Shown: positions 16,363 to 26,769, numbered from the stretch's first letter. The stretch: 64,000 nucleotides of DNA from Alphaproteobacteria bacterium (GCA_036381615.1 DASVCL010000014.1:6621-70620); one strand, 5' to 3'. Program-made: numbers and translations. Notes: a model not told the origin generated them from the letters alone.

Positions 16363-17502
16363 TCAGGTGGCCTCGACGGCGAGCGGTTGGCGGTCGGGCG
16401 CCGCGTGCGCCGCGGCTGCGCCGAGATCCGCGCAGATTTCGAGGAGCGCATCGATCCTGTGGGCGCAGGTATGCCGGGCCCGAATGCGCGCGAGACCGTT
16501 CGCGGCAAGCGACGCGCGGAGATCCGCATCGGCGAAGAGCGCGCGCAGATGCCTCATCATCTCGATGCCGTTTCGCGCGACCAGGAAGTCGTGGCGTCCG
16601 AACAGGCCCTCGGTGTCGCGCCACGACGCGGCGATGAGCGGAATGCCGCACGCGAGTGCCTCGAACATCCGGATCGTCGGGATGCCGGGCAGGGCGGTCA
16701 CGTACTGGCGTCGCGGGACATGGACCGTCACATGGAACCGGGCGAAGGTTTCGGGCACGCGGTGATTGGGAAGATAGCCGCGATATTCGGCGCCGGCCGC
16801 TCTCAGCGCCCGGAGGCCGGAGGCGGGATACCGGACGCCATGGACGACGGGGCGCAGGCCAAGCGCGCGGGCGGGATCGAGCAGGAACTCGTGCAGCTCG
16901 GCCGAGCGCTCGTCGTCGCCCCAGTTACCGATCCAGACGAGGTGGCCGTCGCGCGCCGACGACGGGATGGGGCGGAAGAGCGTCGTATCGGCGGCCTCAT
17001 GCCACGTCCAGGCACGCTGGGACCAGCCGTGGCGCAGGTAGATTTCGCGGATTGCCTCGCCGAAAGCGAGAACGCCGTCGTAGCCGTCAAGGTCGAGGCG
17101 CGCGATGTCGTCGCGCGCGCTGACGGACCGGTGATGGGTGTCATGGAAGAGGAGCCGGTATCGCCCGGTCTGGCGGCGATGGCGGCCGATCCGCGCGACG
17201 AACACAGGATCCGTCCACTCGTGCACGATCACGACGTCGGCATCATCCAGAGCCTCGTCGAGGTCCAGCGCATATACCTCGTACTCGATGGAGTTGAGAC
17301 CGGGGAATGCGGCCTGGAATTCGACGGCGGGATCGCGGCCGAGCTCGCGCGATAAACGGGTACGGCTCCATCCGCCGCGCGGCTCGTACACCGTCACGGC
17401 ATGTCCGCGCCGCTTCAGCTCCCGGACGACGCCACGGAGGAAATGAGCGTTGCCATGGTTCCAGTCCGAGACCAGCGAGTGGCAGAACAGGACGAAGCGC
17501 AT
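16363..17502 (-). CDS. CgeB-like/DUF3880-type glycosyltransferase, paralogue 1
   Basis: MRFVLFCHSLVSDWNHGNAHFLRGV...RMFEALACGIPLIA. Start at ATG 17502, just after the upstream stop at 17513. Confidence 0.65.
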   Translation of the reverse strand: MRFVLFCHSLVSDWNHGNAHFLRGVVRELKRRGHAVTVYEPRGGWSRTRLSRELGRDPAVEFQAAFPGLNSIEYEVYALDLDEALDDADVVIVHEWTDPVFVARIGRHRRQTGRYRLLFHDTHHRSVSARDDIARLDLDGYDGVLAFGEAIREIYLRHGWSQRAWTWHEAADTTLFRPIPSSARDGHLVWIGNWGDDERSAELHEFLLDPARALGLRPVVHGVRYPASGLRALRAAGAEYRGYLPNHRVPETFARFHVTVHVPRRQYVTALPGIPTIRMFEALACGIPLIAASWRDTEGLFGRHDFLVARNGIEMMRHLRALFADADLRASLAANGLARIRARHTCAHRIDALLEICADLGAAAAHAAPDRQPLAVEAT

Positions 17503-17512
17503 TCCCGGCCTT

Positions 17513-18649
17513 TCACCTGGACGTTGCAGCGAGTCGAACGGAACCCCGCCGGGCCGATGGCCGGTGCGCCAGTTCCGCGTACGCCGCGGCATAGGCAGCC
17601 ACCATGCGATCGACCGAATATCGTTGCGCGCGCCGCCATGCGCGCTTGCCCTGCGCGCGGAGACGATCCCTGTTCCGACAGAGCTCGTTCACGGCAGCGA
17701 CCAGGTTTGCCGCGTCGTCAGGCGGCACGAAGATGGCGCACTCGTTCCACAATTCGCGGTGCGTGGGAATGTCGCTCAGCACGAGGGCGCATCCGGAAAG
17801 AGCCGCCTCCAGCACCGCCAGCCCGAACGGTTCGTAGCGGGCGAGCGAGACGAAGATCGAGGCGCGCCCCATGGCCTCGCCCAGCGATGTTTCGTCGAGA
17901 AACCCAAGGGGGCGCAGATGTTTCGGCGCGAATTCCCGACGCTCGGGCGCGGATAGCGGACCGGCCAGGAATACGGGCCAGCGCAGGTCCGGGGCCGCCC
18001 GGTCGAGAGTCGCAATGTTCTTGGCCTCGTCCCAGGCCCGCCCTGCGGCAAGGACGAAAGGCTGCTTGAAATCGGGGGCGAAGGACGTCGGGTCACGGCC
18101 GTTCGGGATCACGCGCACCTCGGCATCAACGCCATGGATATGCCGGAGCGTCTCGCCGAAGGCCCGGGTCGGTGCGACGACCAGATCGGCGCCTGCGATG
18201 CCCCTGTGCACGTGCAACAGGTAGTCGTTCCCTTCGTCGGGAAGGGGCGTCCGTTTCACGGCGGACCACCAGGAGGCGACGCAGGAATGCGCGACGATCA
18301 GGCAGGGCGCAGACCATTCCTGCGCACCATGGGCATATCCGTTCAGATGCACGATATCGGGCGCGTACTGCCGGTCGAGCGCCAGCAGCCAGGCGCCCGC
18401 CTGCTCGACGTCGGCCGCTGCGTCATCCATCCATTCGAGACGGTAGTCCGCTTCGAGCAGAACGAGGCCGTCGATCGCCCGCGCGGCCGCCCGCTGCGCC
18501 GGCGAGGGACGCGGTCCCATCACCGCAAGGATCGTCCCGATCCCCCGTGCGCCAAGGCCCCGGGCAAGCGCAAGCGAATAGGTCCACACGCCGCCGACCG
18601 CATCGGCCGTCATGAGGACGCGAAGTGGCGTTCGCGCGGGCGGCGTCAT
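17513..18649 (-). CDS. GT4-family (group 1) glycosyltransferase
   Basis: LRVLMTADAVGGVWTYSLALARGL...EPFGLAVLEAALSGCALVLSD is a GT-B signature. Confidence 0.8.
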   Translation of the reverse strand: MTPPARTPLRVLMTADAVGGVWTYSLALARGLGARGIGTILAVMGPRPSPAQRAAARAIDGLVLLEADYRLEWMDDAAADVEQAGAWLLALDRQYAPDIVHLNGYAHGAQEWSAPCLIVAHSCVASWWSAVKRTPLPDEGNDYLLHVHRGIAGADLVVAPTRAFGETLRHIHGVDAEVRVIPNGRDPTSFAPDFKQPFVLAAGRAWDEAKNIATLDRAAPDLRWPVFLAGPLSAPERREFAPKHLRPLGFLDETSLGEAMGRASIFVSLARYEPFGLAVLEAALSGCALVLSDIPTHRELWNECAIFVPPDDAANLVAAVNELCRNRDRLRAQGKRAWRRAQRYSVDRMVAAYAAAYAELAHRPSARRGSVRLAATSR

Positions 18650-19935
18650 TGCGGTGCCGCGCCGGTCTCAAGCTCGTGCAGCGGAAGCGGCTGGCGCTCC
18701 TGTATGTCGCTGAAGCTCGCATAACGCGTGAGGTAATGGTCGAGCGCACGCTCCCATGCCGCGTCGTCGGGCAGACCCCACAGCTTGCGGTAGTCCGGAG
18801 AACCGGGATATGGAAAGAGCGGCACCGGGTCGTTCGCCCACACGCCGTGGTCGCGGAGCATGTCGCGCCACCGCGCAATTTCGCGCGGATCGTCGGTGCC
18901 ACTCAGGATAAGGTTGGCCTGGACGAAGGGGACGTGTTGCTTGGCGAAAATCAGCCGCTCGGTAAGCTCGTCGGTCGAAATCCGGCAATCCTTGTCGAGC
19001 ACGTCGCGACCCTCGGGCGTCAGGCTTTCGACACCTGCCTCGATCGATACGCAGCCGGCAGCGCCCAGCAGCTCGATCATGTCGTGCTTCCACAGATCGA
19101 TGCGGGTTTGCACCCCGAACTTGAACGGCCGTTCGACCAGCGCCTCGAGAAGCGGACGGTTGGGAAGAAAGATCTCGTCAATGAAATACACGTAGGCGGC
19201 GCCCTGTGCGACGAGACGGTCGATCTCTTCCAGCAGGATCGGCAACCGGCGCCGACGGTATTTGTCCCGGAAGTTTTCCTTGGCACAGAACGAGCAGTGA
19301 TACGGACAGCCTCTCGAGGCTTCGACCTCGACGCCGGGGTCGACGGGGGCGATATCGAACCGGTGATGATGGTGACGATGGCACCGGATCCAGTCATCGG
19401 GCCAGGACAGCGCCGGCAGATCGACGAATGTCCCGGCATGCGGTCCGCCCTGAACCCGGACATCGCCGTCCTCCGCGTAGCAGATGGACGGGATGTCGCG
19501 CCAGCTCTCGGCCAGCAGGCGGGGGACGATCTCTTCGCATTCACCCATCACGACGACGTCGACACCGAGTTTTCTCAGGGCGGTCTGCGGGGTCGTCGAC
19601 CCGTGCGGACCCACCGCGATCCGAACTCCGGCGACATCCGCCACGCGCTGCAGGACCGCCCGCGGCACGCGCAGCTCCGGCGGCGCGCAGCGCCAAAAAA
19701 GATAGGTCGGTGCGGTCGTGACCACCGTCGCATCCGGCGCGAAATCGGCCACGGCGTTCCGCACCGCATTGAGCGGGAGGTCATGCAGATGCGCGTCGAA
19801 GATCGCCGCCTCGTGTCCGGCACGTTCCAGCAGAAGCTTCGTGTAACCGAGCTCGAGCGGCAGGTGAGGCTCGCGACAGCCGAAGTAGATGCTGCCGGCA
19901 AAGTTCCAGTTCGGATTTATCAGGGCGACTTTCAT
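18646..19935 (-). CDS. B12-binding-domain radical SAM protein
   Basis: N-terminal B12-like domain, then SRGCPYHCSFC (CxxxCxxC). ATGA overlaps at both ends (18646-18649 and 19932-19935). Confidence 0.85.
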   Translation of the reverse strand: MKVALINPNWNFAGSIYFGCREPHLPLELGYTKLLLERAGHEAAIFDAHLHDLPLNAVRNAVADFAPDATVVTTAPTYLFWRCAPPELRVPRAVLQRVADVAGVRIAVGPHGSTTPQTALRKLGVDVVVMGECEEIVPRLLAESWRDIPSICYAEDGDVRVQGGPHAGTFVDLPALSWPDDWIRCHRHHHHRFDIAPVDPGVEVEASRGCPYHCSFCAKENFRDKYRRRRLPILLEEIDRLVAQGAAYVYFIDEIFLPNRPLLEALVERPFKFGVQTRIDLWKHDMIELLGAAGCVSIEAGVESLTPEGRDVLDKDCRISTDELTERLIFAKQHVPFVQANLILSGTDDPREIARWRDMLRDHGVWANDPVPLFPYPGSPDYRKLWGLPDDAAWERALDHYLTRYASFSDIQERQPLPLHELETGAAPQ

Positions 19936-21065
19936 GCGGTGAGTCGCTCCGATTCCAGCGTCGCTGCAGGCCGGTGGCGGGTTTCGAGCCATTCGACCAG
20001 CCTTCTGACACCGGTCCGGGCATCCATGGTCGGATGCCATCCGGTCGCGGCAGCGAACTTGCGCGTATCCGAAACGTAGTATTGCTGGTCGCCGGCCCGC
20101 GCCGGCCCGTGCCGGAGTTTGGGCGGCCGGCCCGTCAATTGTCCGAGATCGTCGAGCAGCTCGAGGAGGCTGATCGCGTTCGCGGGACCGCCGCCGATGT
20201 TGAAGGCCTGACCCGAGACCCTCTCGATCCGGGATGCGGCGAGGAGATAGGCGTCCAGAACATCGTCGATGAACAGAATGTCGCGAACCTGCCGGCCGTC
20301 GCCGTAGATCGTGATCGGTCGGCCCGTCAGCATCGAAATGGCGAAATGTGCGACCCAGCCCTGGTCCTCGGTGCCGAACTGGTGCGGCCCATAGAGACAG
20401 CTCATCCGGAATACGACGGTCGGCAAGCCGAACATGCGTGCGTAATCCAGGACATACTGGTCGGCGGCGCCTTTCGAGCATCCGTACGGGCTGTAGAGCG
20501 ACAGCGGCTGCCGTTCGGACACGCCGTGGCGCGCGATCTCGGGATCGAGCGGCTCATAGCGCGTCGCCCGGGCCGTAACGACCACGTCTTCCAGCGTCCC
20601 GTAGACCTTGTTCGTCGACGCGAATACGAGCGGGATGGGTCGCTGTCGCGCCCGCAGCGCCTCGAGCAGGTTGAGGGTGCCGCGCGCATTGATCTCGAAA
20701 TCGCCGATCGGGTCGACGAGGCTCGTCGTCACGGCGACCTGCGCGGCGAAGTGGAACACGAGGTCGGCAGCCGCAACGGCGCCGCTCAACATCCGTGCAT
20801 CGCGGATGTCGGCAAGCTGGACCTGGATCCGGGAGCCGTGACGGTGCTGCAGCCAGACGATGTTCTTCTCGACCTCCGGCCGGGCGAGGCTGTCGTAGAT
20901 GATGACGGTGCAGCCTTCGCTGGCGAGCCGATCGGCGAGATTGCATCCCAGGAAGCCGGCGCCGCCCGTGATCAGGGCGATGTTGCCGCCGCCATTTGCC
21001 TGGCGCGTACGGACCGGCGTCTGCGCGCCGCCGGAGCCATTCGTGCTGCGACGGCGGGACTTCAT
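19932..21065 (-). CDS. NAD-dependent epimerase/dehydratase (SDR, CDP-paratose-epimerase-like)
   Basis: Has ITGGAGFLGCNL and YSPYGCSKGAAD (YxxxK). Start at ATG 21065 overlaps the upstream stop. Confidence 0.8.
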   Translation of the reverse strand: MKSRRRSTNGSGGAQTPVRTRQANGGGNIALITGGAGFLGCNLADRLASEGCTVIIYDSLARPEVEKNIVWLQHRHGSRIQVQLADIRDARMLSGAVAAADLVFHFAAQVAVTTSLVDPIGDFEINARGTLNLLEALRARQRPIPLVFASTNKVYGTLEDVVVTARATRYEPLDPEIARHGVSERQPLSLYSPYGCSKGAADQYVLDYARMFGLPTVVFRMSCLYGPHQFGTEDQGWVAHFAISMLTGRPITIYGDGRQVRDILFIDDVLDAYLLAASRIERVSGQAFNIGGGPANAISLLELLDDLGQLTGRPPKLRHGPARAGDQQYYVSDTRKFAAATGWHPTMDARTGVRRLVEWLETRHRPAATLESERLTA

Positions 21066-22180
21066 GCCATCAGCCTCCGGCGAACGAGCTCCTCCGCCGC
21101 GCGCTCCGTTTGGTCTTCGGCCTGCTGCGTGTTCAGCCAGTCCACGAGCTCGCTCAGGCCCTGGTCGAAACTCACCTGCGGTTCGAAGCCCAGCACCTCG
21201 CGCGCAAGCGAAATATCGGCAAAACAATGTCGAATGTCGCCCACGCGATAGCGTCGGGTTATCTCCGGGGCGAGTTCCGGCCGCCCCATGACGGCGGCCA
21301 GCCGCCGTGCGACCTCCTCGATGGTGAAGCTTTCGCCGCTGCCGACGTTCACCACACGACGGTCAGCGTGCGGCGACTCCAGGGCGAGGCGGCAGGCCCG
21401 CGCGACGTCGCGGACATGGACGAAATCGCGGCGCTGTCGGCCGTCCTCGAAGACCAGGGGGCGGCGCCCGTTGAGCAGACGCGACGCGAAGATCGCGAGG
21501 ACGCCGGTATATGGATTGGAAAGCGCCTGACGGGTGCCATAGACGTTGAAGAAGCGGAGCGCCACGGCCGGAATCCGATAGGCGCCGCCGATCAGCAGGC
21601 ACATGCGCTCCTGAACGTATTTCGACAAGGCGTAGACCGACGCCAGATCGGGCCGCTTGCTCTCGGGTGTCGGCACGGGTACGAGCTCCCGCCCGGACGA
21701 GTCGAACAGATCCCAGCGGCCTTGAGTCACCTCAGCAGTCGACCGCAAGCCGGTCTCGACCAGCGTGCCGTCGGCGCGTCGGTACAAACCTTCGCCATAG
21801 ATGCTCATGGACGAGGCGACAACCAGACGTTCGACGGGACGATCGATCAGCGCCTGCAGGAGGACGGCGGTCCCGAGGTCGTTGACGGCGACGTAGTCGG
21901 TCACCTGATACATGCTCTGTCCGACCCCGACCATCGCAGCAAGATGGAAGACGGCGTCGACGTCGGCGAGCGCGCGCTGCATCTGTGCGGGATCGCGGAC
22001 GTCGCCGTGAACGAGTTCGACGGCGCGCGGCAGATAATCGGGCCAAGCGCCGTGCCGGCCGTGCACCTGCGGAATCAGGTTATCGAAAATTCTGACGTCA
22101 TATCCGTTGGCGATGAGTTCGTCTGCGAGATGTGAGCCAATGAAGCCAGCGCCGCCGATGATCAATACGGTTCTGATCAT
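21062..22180 (-). CDS. NAD-dependent epimerase/dehydratase (SDR)
   Basis: Has IIGGAGFIGSHL and YALSKYVQE (YxxxK). Start at ATG 22180 (MIRTVLIIGG). Confidence 0.85.
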   Translation of the reverse strand: MIRTVLIIGGAGFIGSHLADELIANGYDVRIFDNLIPQVHGRHGAWPDYLPRAVELVHGDVRDPAQMQRALADVDAVFHLAAMVGVGQSMYQVTDYVAVNDLGTAVLLQALIDRPVERLVVASSMSIYGEGLYRRADGTLVETGLRSTAEVTQGRWDLFDSSGRELVPVPTPESKRPDLASVYALSKYVQERMCLLIGGAYRIPAVALRFFNVYGTRQALSNPYTGVLAIFASRLLNGRRPLVFEDGRQRRDFVHVRDVARACRLALESPHADRRVVNVGSGESFTIEEVARRLAAVMGRPELAPEITRRYRVGDIRHCFADISLAREVLGFEPQVSFDQGLSELVDWLNTQQAEDQTERAAEELVRRRLMA

Positions 22181-22193
22181 AATTGCGTCGGAT

Positions 22194-22220
22194 GTTCGGA
22201 CGGTGGGAGTTCGGACGGTG
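22194..22220. repeat. tandem direct repeat GTTCGGACGGTG-GGA-GTTCGGACGGTG just upstream of the glycan operon
   Basis: Two exact 12-mers, 15 bp apart (start to start), lying 14-40 nt upstream of the first gene's ATG (22180). Confidence 0.8.
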
Positions 22221-22548
22221 AGGACGCTGGGAAAACGCAGCCATATCCGGGTTGTTCCGTTCACGGACGGCAACGGCGCACGGCGACGATTGCGACGGAC
22301 ATGCATCGACAACTGTCAGATGCGAGTCCTTGGACATTCCCGTAATACGTTCGGCGCTGCGCGAGACCGTTGAGGTAAGTCATCGGCGCGGACCACTTCG
22401 CCCGCGTTTCAAATCGTTGCCGGCTACGCTGGTGTCGGTTCGAAAAACGATCCGAGCGGGATCGTGCGGCGGACGACGCCGTTTCGAGGAACAATTTCGA
22501 TTACGGCACGGTTCGTATCCGAGCTAAAGCTTTTGAGGAGTCGTCGTC

Positions 22549-23436
22549 ATGGTTCGGGCAACCACGTACGAGAGTTCCGGGGCCGCGACCACGGTCGTCA
22601 CACCTTCGCTGGCGACGCGCGTGCGAATGATCTCGTGGGGTGCCGTATTCGCCGGAGTCGTGATCTCTCTCATCACGCAGTTCCTGCTCAGCATGCTCGG
22701 CGTCGGGATCGGCGTCAGCACGATCGACCCGGCGACCGCAGGCACGCCGGAGGCGGGAACGTTCTCGATCGCCGGTGCGATATGGTGGACCGTGTCCGGG
22801 ATCATCTCCGCCTTCGTCGGCGGCTGGGTGGCCGCACGTCTGTCTGGTGTGCCGATTGCGACGTCGGCGTCACTCCATGGTCTGGTCACCTGGGCGACGA
22901 CGATGCTCGTCGTGTTCTATCTGCTGACGAGTGCTGCCGGCGCATTGATCGGTGGCGCATTCGGCGTAATGAGCAACGTGATGTCGGGCCTGGGGCAGAC
23001 GGCGCAGGCCGTCGTGCCGCAGCTGGCCGACGCCACGCAGGGCCCCTTGGCCGAGCTCCGGCAGGAGATCGAAGGCGTCATCCGCGGCACCGATCAGGCG
23101 CAGCAGGCCGAGTCACTGACGACAACCACGCGCGTGGTAACGGCAGACGATCTCTCGCCTGCCGAACGGGATCAGGCCGCGGGCGCGCTCGCACAGCAGG
23201 CCGGCATTTCGCAGGATGAGGCGCGCAACCGCATCGACCAGTGGCGCGAGACCTATCGCCGCAATGCCGAGCAGCTGCAGCAGCAGGCTCGCCAGACGGC
23301 AGAGATGACGGCGCGTGTCGTTTCCAGGGCGGCGATCTACGGGTTCATCGCACTGGTCCTGGGCGCCATCGCGGGCACCTTGGGCGGGCGCGCCGGACGG
23401 CCGGAGGAGCAGGAATTGGCGACTCCTGCCGACTGA
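22549..23436 (+). CDS. hypothetical membrane protein (295 aa)
   Basis: ATG behind a GAGGAG SD. Has several Gly/Ala-rich TM segments and a Q-rich coiled central region. No family recognised. Confidence 0.65.
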   Translation: MVRATTYESSGAATTVVTPSLATRVRMISWGAVFAGVVISLITQFLLSMLGVGIGVSTIDPATAGTPEAGTFSIAGAIWWTVSGIISAFVGGWVAARLSGVPIATSASLHGLVTWATTMLVVFYLLTSAAGALIGGAFGVMSNVMSGLGQTAQAVVPQLADATQGPLAELRQEIEGVIRGTDQAQQAESLTTTTRVVTADDLSPAERDQAAGALAQQAGISQDEARNRIDQWRETYRRNAEQLQQQARQTAEMTARVVSRAAIYGFIALVLGAIAGTLGGRAGRPEEQELATPAD

Positions 23437-23484
23437 CCGTATTCCGACGACGGCACGCCATCGTTCGCCAGCCTGAAAGGCGGC

Positions 23485-23511
23485 GGCCGGGCACCGGGCC
23501 GGTGCCCGGCC
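23485..23511. terminator. hairpin between convergent genes
   Basis: GGCCGGGCACCG-GGC-CGGTGCCCGGCC, a 12-bp perfect stem. No clear T tract. Confidence 0.4.
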
Positions 23512-23534
23512 GCGGCATCCATGACGGGGCAGGG

Positions 23535-24131
23535 CTACTGCGATGCCTTCGCGCGCAAGGTACGTATCAGCCCGTCCATGCCCTCGCGCTGCACGACCGA
23601 CGTAAAGTCGGAACGCTGCGTCACCAGCAGGCTGACACCCTCGATGATGATATCGACGATCCGCATTCCGTTATCAGTCTGGCGGACCCGCCATTCATAG
23701 TTCAGTGGCGCCGAGTTTCCGCGCAAGATCTCGGTTCGGGCGAGATAATCACCGTCGCCGAGATCGCGCACGTTCGTAATGTTGAAACCGCTCACCGTCT
23801 CGTCGGCGAGCCGGCGGGCGTATGACCGCGTGACGAAATCGGTGAATGCCGCCAGGAATTCCTTTCGCTGCTGCGCGCTTGCCGTGTTCCAGTAACGGCC
23901 GAGTATGAACCGGCCGATTGCCTCGAAATCGAAGCCACGCCGGAAAACCTCCTCGAGGCGCTCGGCCTTCGCCGATGCAGGCTGCTCCGACTGAAGAATG
24001 CCGATGGCCTCGTTGCCCAGCTCGTCGATGAATGCCCGCGCCGCCTGAGGCGACGCGTCGGCAGAGCCAGGAAAGAGGCCTGCGGTCGATGCGGCGGCGA
24101 GGAAGGCAAGGAAGGAGCGTCTGCTCTGCAT
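23535..24131 (-). CDS. MlaC/Ttg2D-family lipid-binding periplasmic protein
   Basis: Tat/Sec-like signal MQSRRSFLAFLAAASTAG, then the toluene-tolerance Ttg2D-like pattern (FDFEAIGRFILGRYW...FTDFVTRSYARR). Confidence 0.75.
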   Translation of the reverse strand: MQSRRSFLAFLAAASTAGLFPGSADASPQAARAFIDELGNEAIGILQSEQPASAKAERLEEVFRRGFDFEAIGRFILGRYWNTASAQQRKEFLAAFTDFVTRSYARRLADETVSGFNITNVRDLGDGDYLARTEILRGNSAPLNYEWRVRQTDNGMRIVDIIIEGVSLLVTQRSDFTSVVQREGMDGLIRTLRAKASQ

Positions 24132-24153
24132 GCGGTATTCTCTCGGTCGACAG

Positions 24154-25590
24154 CTAAGTGGCAGGCAATGGTTCGGCGGGTGCTTTCGCTTCGACATGTT
24201 CGACCGCTCCACCGTCGCGCAGCGGGATGCCGGCAAGGGCCGCGAGGAAGTCTTCGCGCCAGGTCGCGATCGTGTTCCGGCGGATTACATCCATCAACCG
24301 GCGCCAGCGGTCGAGGCGCTCGTCGAGCGGCATCACCAGGGCCGCGTGCAGCGCGTCGGCCATGCCGGAGGGATCAAACGGATTGACGATGATGGCGCTG
24401 GTGAGCTCGCGCGCCGCACCGGCAAACCGCGACAGGACGAGCACGCCCGGGTCCTGCGGATCCTGTGCGGCGACGTATTCCTTCGCGACCAGGTTCATGC
24501 CGTCGCGCAGCGGGCTGACGAAGCCGACGCGGCTGACCCGGTAGAAGCCGGCAAGGGTCTGACGTGACATCGGCTTGTTCAGGTAGCGGATCGGCACCCA
24601 GTCGAACTCGGCGAAACGCCCGTTGATCCGACCGGCCATCGCCTCGAGCTCGCGTCGAAGGCTGCGGTACTGCGCGATCTCGCCGCGGGAGTGCGGCGCA
24701 ATCTGAAGAAAGGTGACGCGCGCATGATGCTCGCGCCAGCGCGTGAGCAGATCCTGAAATGCGGCGAAACGGTTGGGCAGGCCCTTGCTGTAGTCGAGGC
24801 GGTCGACGCCGATGATGAGCTGACGGCCGGCAAGACTGTCGCGCAGGCGCTGCGTATCCGGCGCGTTCGCCGCCGCTTCGGCCAGGGCTGCGAAATCCGC
24901 GGTATCGATGCCGATCGGAAAAGCGGCGACGCGCGTGCGACGACCAAACGCCTCGATGCCGTCGCTCGTGATCCGGCCGCCGACCTCGTGACTTATGTAG
25001 TCGAGAAGCGCGCGGACATCGTTGGCCGTCTGGAAGCCGACGAGATCGTAGGCGCAAAGAGATTCGACGAGAACCTCGTGCCCGGGGAGCGCGGTCAGAA
25101 CCTCGGTGGTCGGGAAGGGCGTGTGAAGAAAGAAGCCGATGCGGTTACCGACGCCGAGACGCCGAAGCTCGGCAGCGAGCGGAATGAGGTGATAATCATG
25201 TACCCAGATCAGATCGTCGGGCCGGAGCAGCTTCGCAAGCGTCGCGGCGAGCTGCGCATTCACCTTCAGATAGACGTTGAAGTCGGCACGCTGGAAATCG
25301 AGCAGGCCGAGCCGGTAATGGAACAGCGGCCACAGCGAGCTATTGGCATAACCCAGATAGTAGGCCCGATGATCCTCGGCGCTGAGATCGACCGTCGCAA
25401 AGGTAATGCGTCCGACCGTTTGCAGATGCGGCTTCCACGTCGGTTCCTCGACGATGTCGCCGCTCCACCCGAACCAGATTCCGCCATGGTGGCGCAAGGC
25501 ATCACGAATCGCCACGGCGAGCCCGCCCGCCCGCGAGATCCGCTCGCGCGGGGAACTGACGCGGTTCGATACGACGACCAGGCGACTCAC
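24154..25590 (-). CDS. otsA: alpha,alpha-trehalose-phosphate synthase (GT20)
   Basis: [11 protein letters not shown]...[12 protein letters not shown]...[10 protein letters not shown]...[10 protein letters not shown] is the canonical OtsA pattern. GTG start. Confidence 0.92.
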   Translation of the reverse strand: MSRLVVVSNRVSSPRERISRAGGLAVAIRDALRHHGGIWFGWSGDIVEEPTWKPHLQTVGRITFATVDLSAEDHRAYYLGYANSSLWPLFHYRLGLLDFQRADFNVYLKVNAQLAATLAKLLRPDDLIWVHDYHLIPLAAELRRLGVGNRIGFFLHTPFPTTEVLTALPGHEVLVESLCAYDLVGFQTANDVRALLDYISHEVGGRITSDGIEAFGRRTRVAAFPIGIDTADFAALAEAAANAPDTQRLRDSLAGRQLIIGVDRLDYSKGLPNRFAAFQDLLTRWREHHARVTFLQIAPHSRGEIAQYRSLRRELEAMAGRINGRFAEFDWVPIRYLNKPMSRQTLAGFYRVSRVGFVSPLRDGMNLVAKEYVAAQDPQDPGVLVLSRFAGAARELTSAIIVNPFDPSGMADALHAALVMPLDERLDRWRRLMDVIRRNTIATWREDFLAALAGIPLRDGGAVEHVEAKAPAEPLPAT

Positions 25591-25780
25591 GGACGTTGCT
25601 CCGTCAGATGCAGCAACAACCTAGCATGTTCGGATCGCGCATCGGATCACTTTATCACGCGCGAATGATGGTGCGAAAGGTAACAGAGACAAGCTTCTGA
25701 TCGGCGCGATTGCGGGCCGGTTCGTCTGCAGATCGTCGCCGGTATCGGCGACGGCCGCGCACTTCGCCTCGCGACTCCGG

Positions 25781-26575
25781 CTATCCCTTTGAGGCAGCAT
25801 CGCCGATCCGCGGCGCCATGCGTTCGGCGATCTGCCGCAGCCACGCACGGACCTGCGCCGGCGAATCGAGGTGCGCATCGGCATTGTCGGGCGGCGGCGT
25901 GCCGACGCGCACCGCATTTCCGCCCATCTGGCGGACGGCCGCGAATCCGTACTCGTCGGTGACATCGTCGCCGAGGAACACCGGCTTCCGGTTCGCGAAC
26001 GGCGGCCGAAGCATCAGCTGCGCGATGGCGCGTCCCTTGTTCACGCCGTGGGGCTTGATCTCGTACACCATCTTGCCCGGCATGACCGCGAGCTGATCGG
26101 CATAGGGAGAGACGGCCGCATCGATGGCGCGCCGCAGATCGTCGGCCACGTGCGGAACCTGCCGATAATGCATCGCGATTGTGCTGTCCTTGAACTCGGG
26201 AACGACGCCGACCATGCGGCGCGTCATTTCCATCATCGCGGGACGCAGCAGGTGGAGTATCGTCGGCGGCTGCAAACGCTCGATCGGACCGTCAGGCGTC
26301 GCACGCAGCTCGAACCCGTGTTCGCCCGACGCCGGCAGGCGCAGTGGCTTGAACAGCTGATCGATCTGCGCGATCGGGCGGCCCGATACCAGGGCGAGCG
26401 CGCCGTCGAGGGCGCCGTGAAGCGCGCGCAACGTATCGCGGAGCTCCGGCGGGACGACAACGGCCTCGGGCACCGGCGCGATGTCGAGGAGCGTACCGTC
26501 GATATCCAGGAAAAGTGCGATCCTGCTGCCCGGTCCGATGGCAACGGGCTCGACGAAGTCCTGCATTTCCCGCAT
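25781..26575 (-). CDS. otsB: trehalose-phosphatase (HAD)
   Basis: LFLDIDGTLLDIAP...VSGR...GDDVTDE HAD motifs, located upstream of otsA. Confidence 0.88.
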   Translation of the reverse strand: MREMQDFVEPVAIGPGSRIALFLDIDGTLLDIAPVPEAVVVPPELRDTLRALHGALDGALALVSGRPIAQIDQLFKPLRLPASGEHGFELRATPDGPIERLQPPTILHLLRPAMMEMTRRMVGVVPEFKDSTIAMHYRQVPHVADDLRRAIDAAVSPYADQLAVMPGKMVYEIKPHGVNKGRAIAQLMLRPPFANRKPVFLGDDVTDEYGFAAVRQMGGNAVRVGTPPPDNADAHLDSPAQVRAWLRQIAERMAPRIGDAASKG

Positions 26576-26698
26576 GGGGAGAACCTACACGGCGGTCTTG
26601 GATCGCGACAACCGTCGCGTGGCGCAGAACGCCGCGCACGGGGTACCGGATCCTGGACCGGACGGAACGGTCACGCTCGAAGGGACTTGAAATTCGTC

Positions 26699-26730
26699 GA
26701 CCGATCGGTCAATTTACTGACCGATCGGTC
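26699..26730. promoter_or_regulatory. two identical 12-bp palindromes GACCGATCGGTC spaced 20 bp (candidate TetR operators)
   Basis: Copies at 26699-26710 and 26719-26730, lying 40-70 nt upstream of the diiron gene ATG (26770). Confidence 0.6.
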
Positions 26731-26769
26731 GATTAATCGACCGGACCGTTCAATGACGAGGAGACCCCG

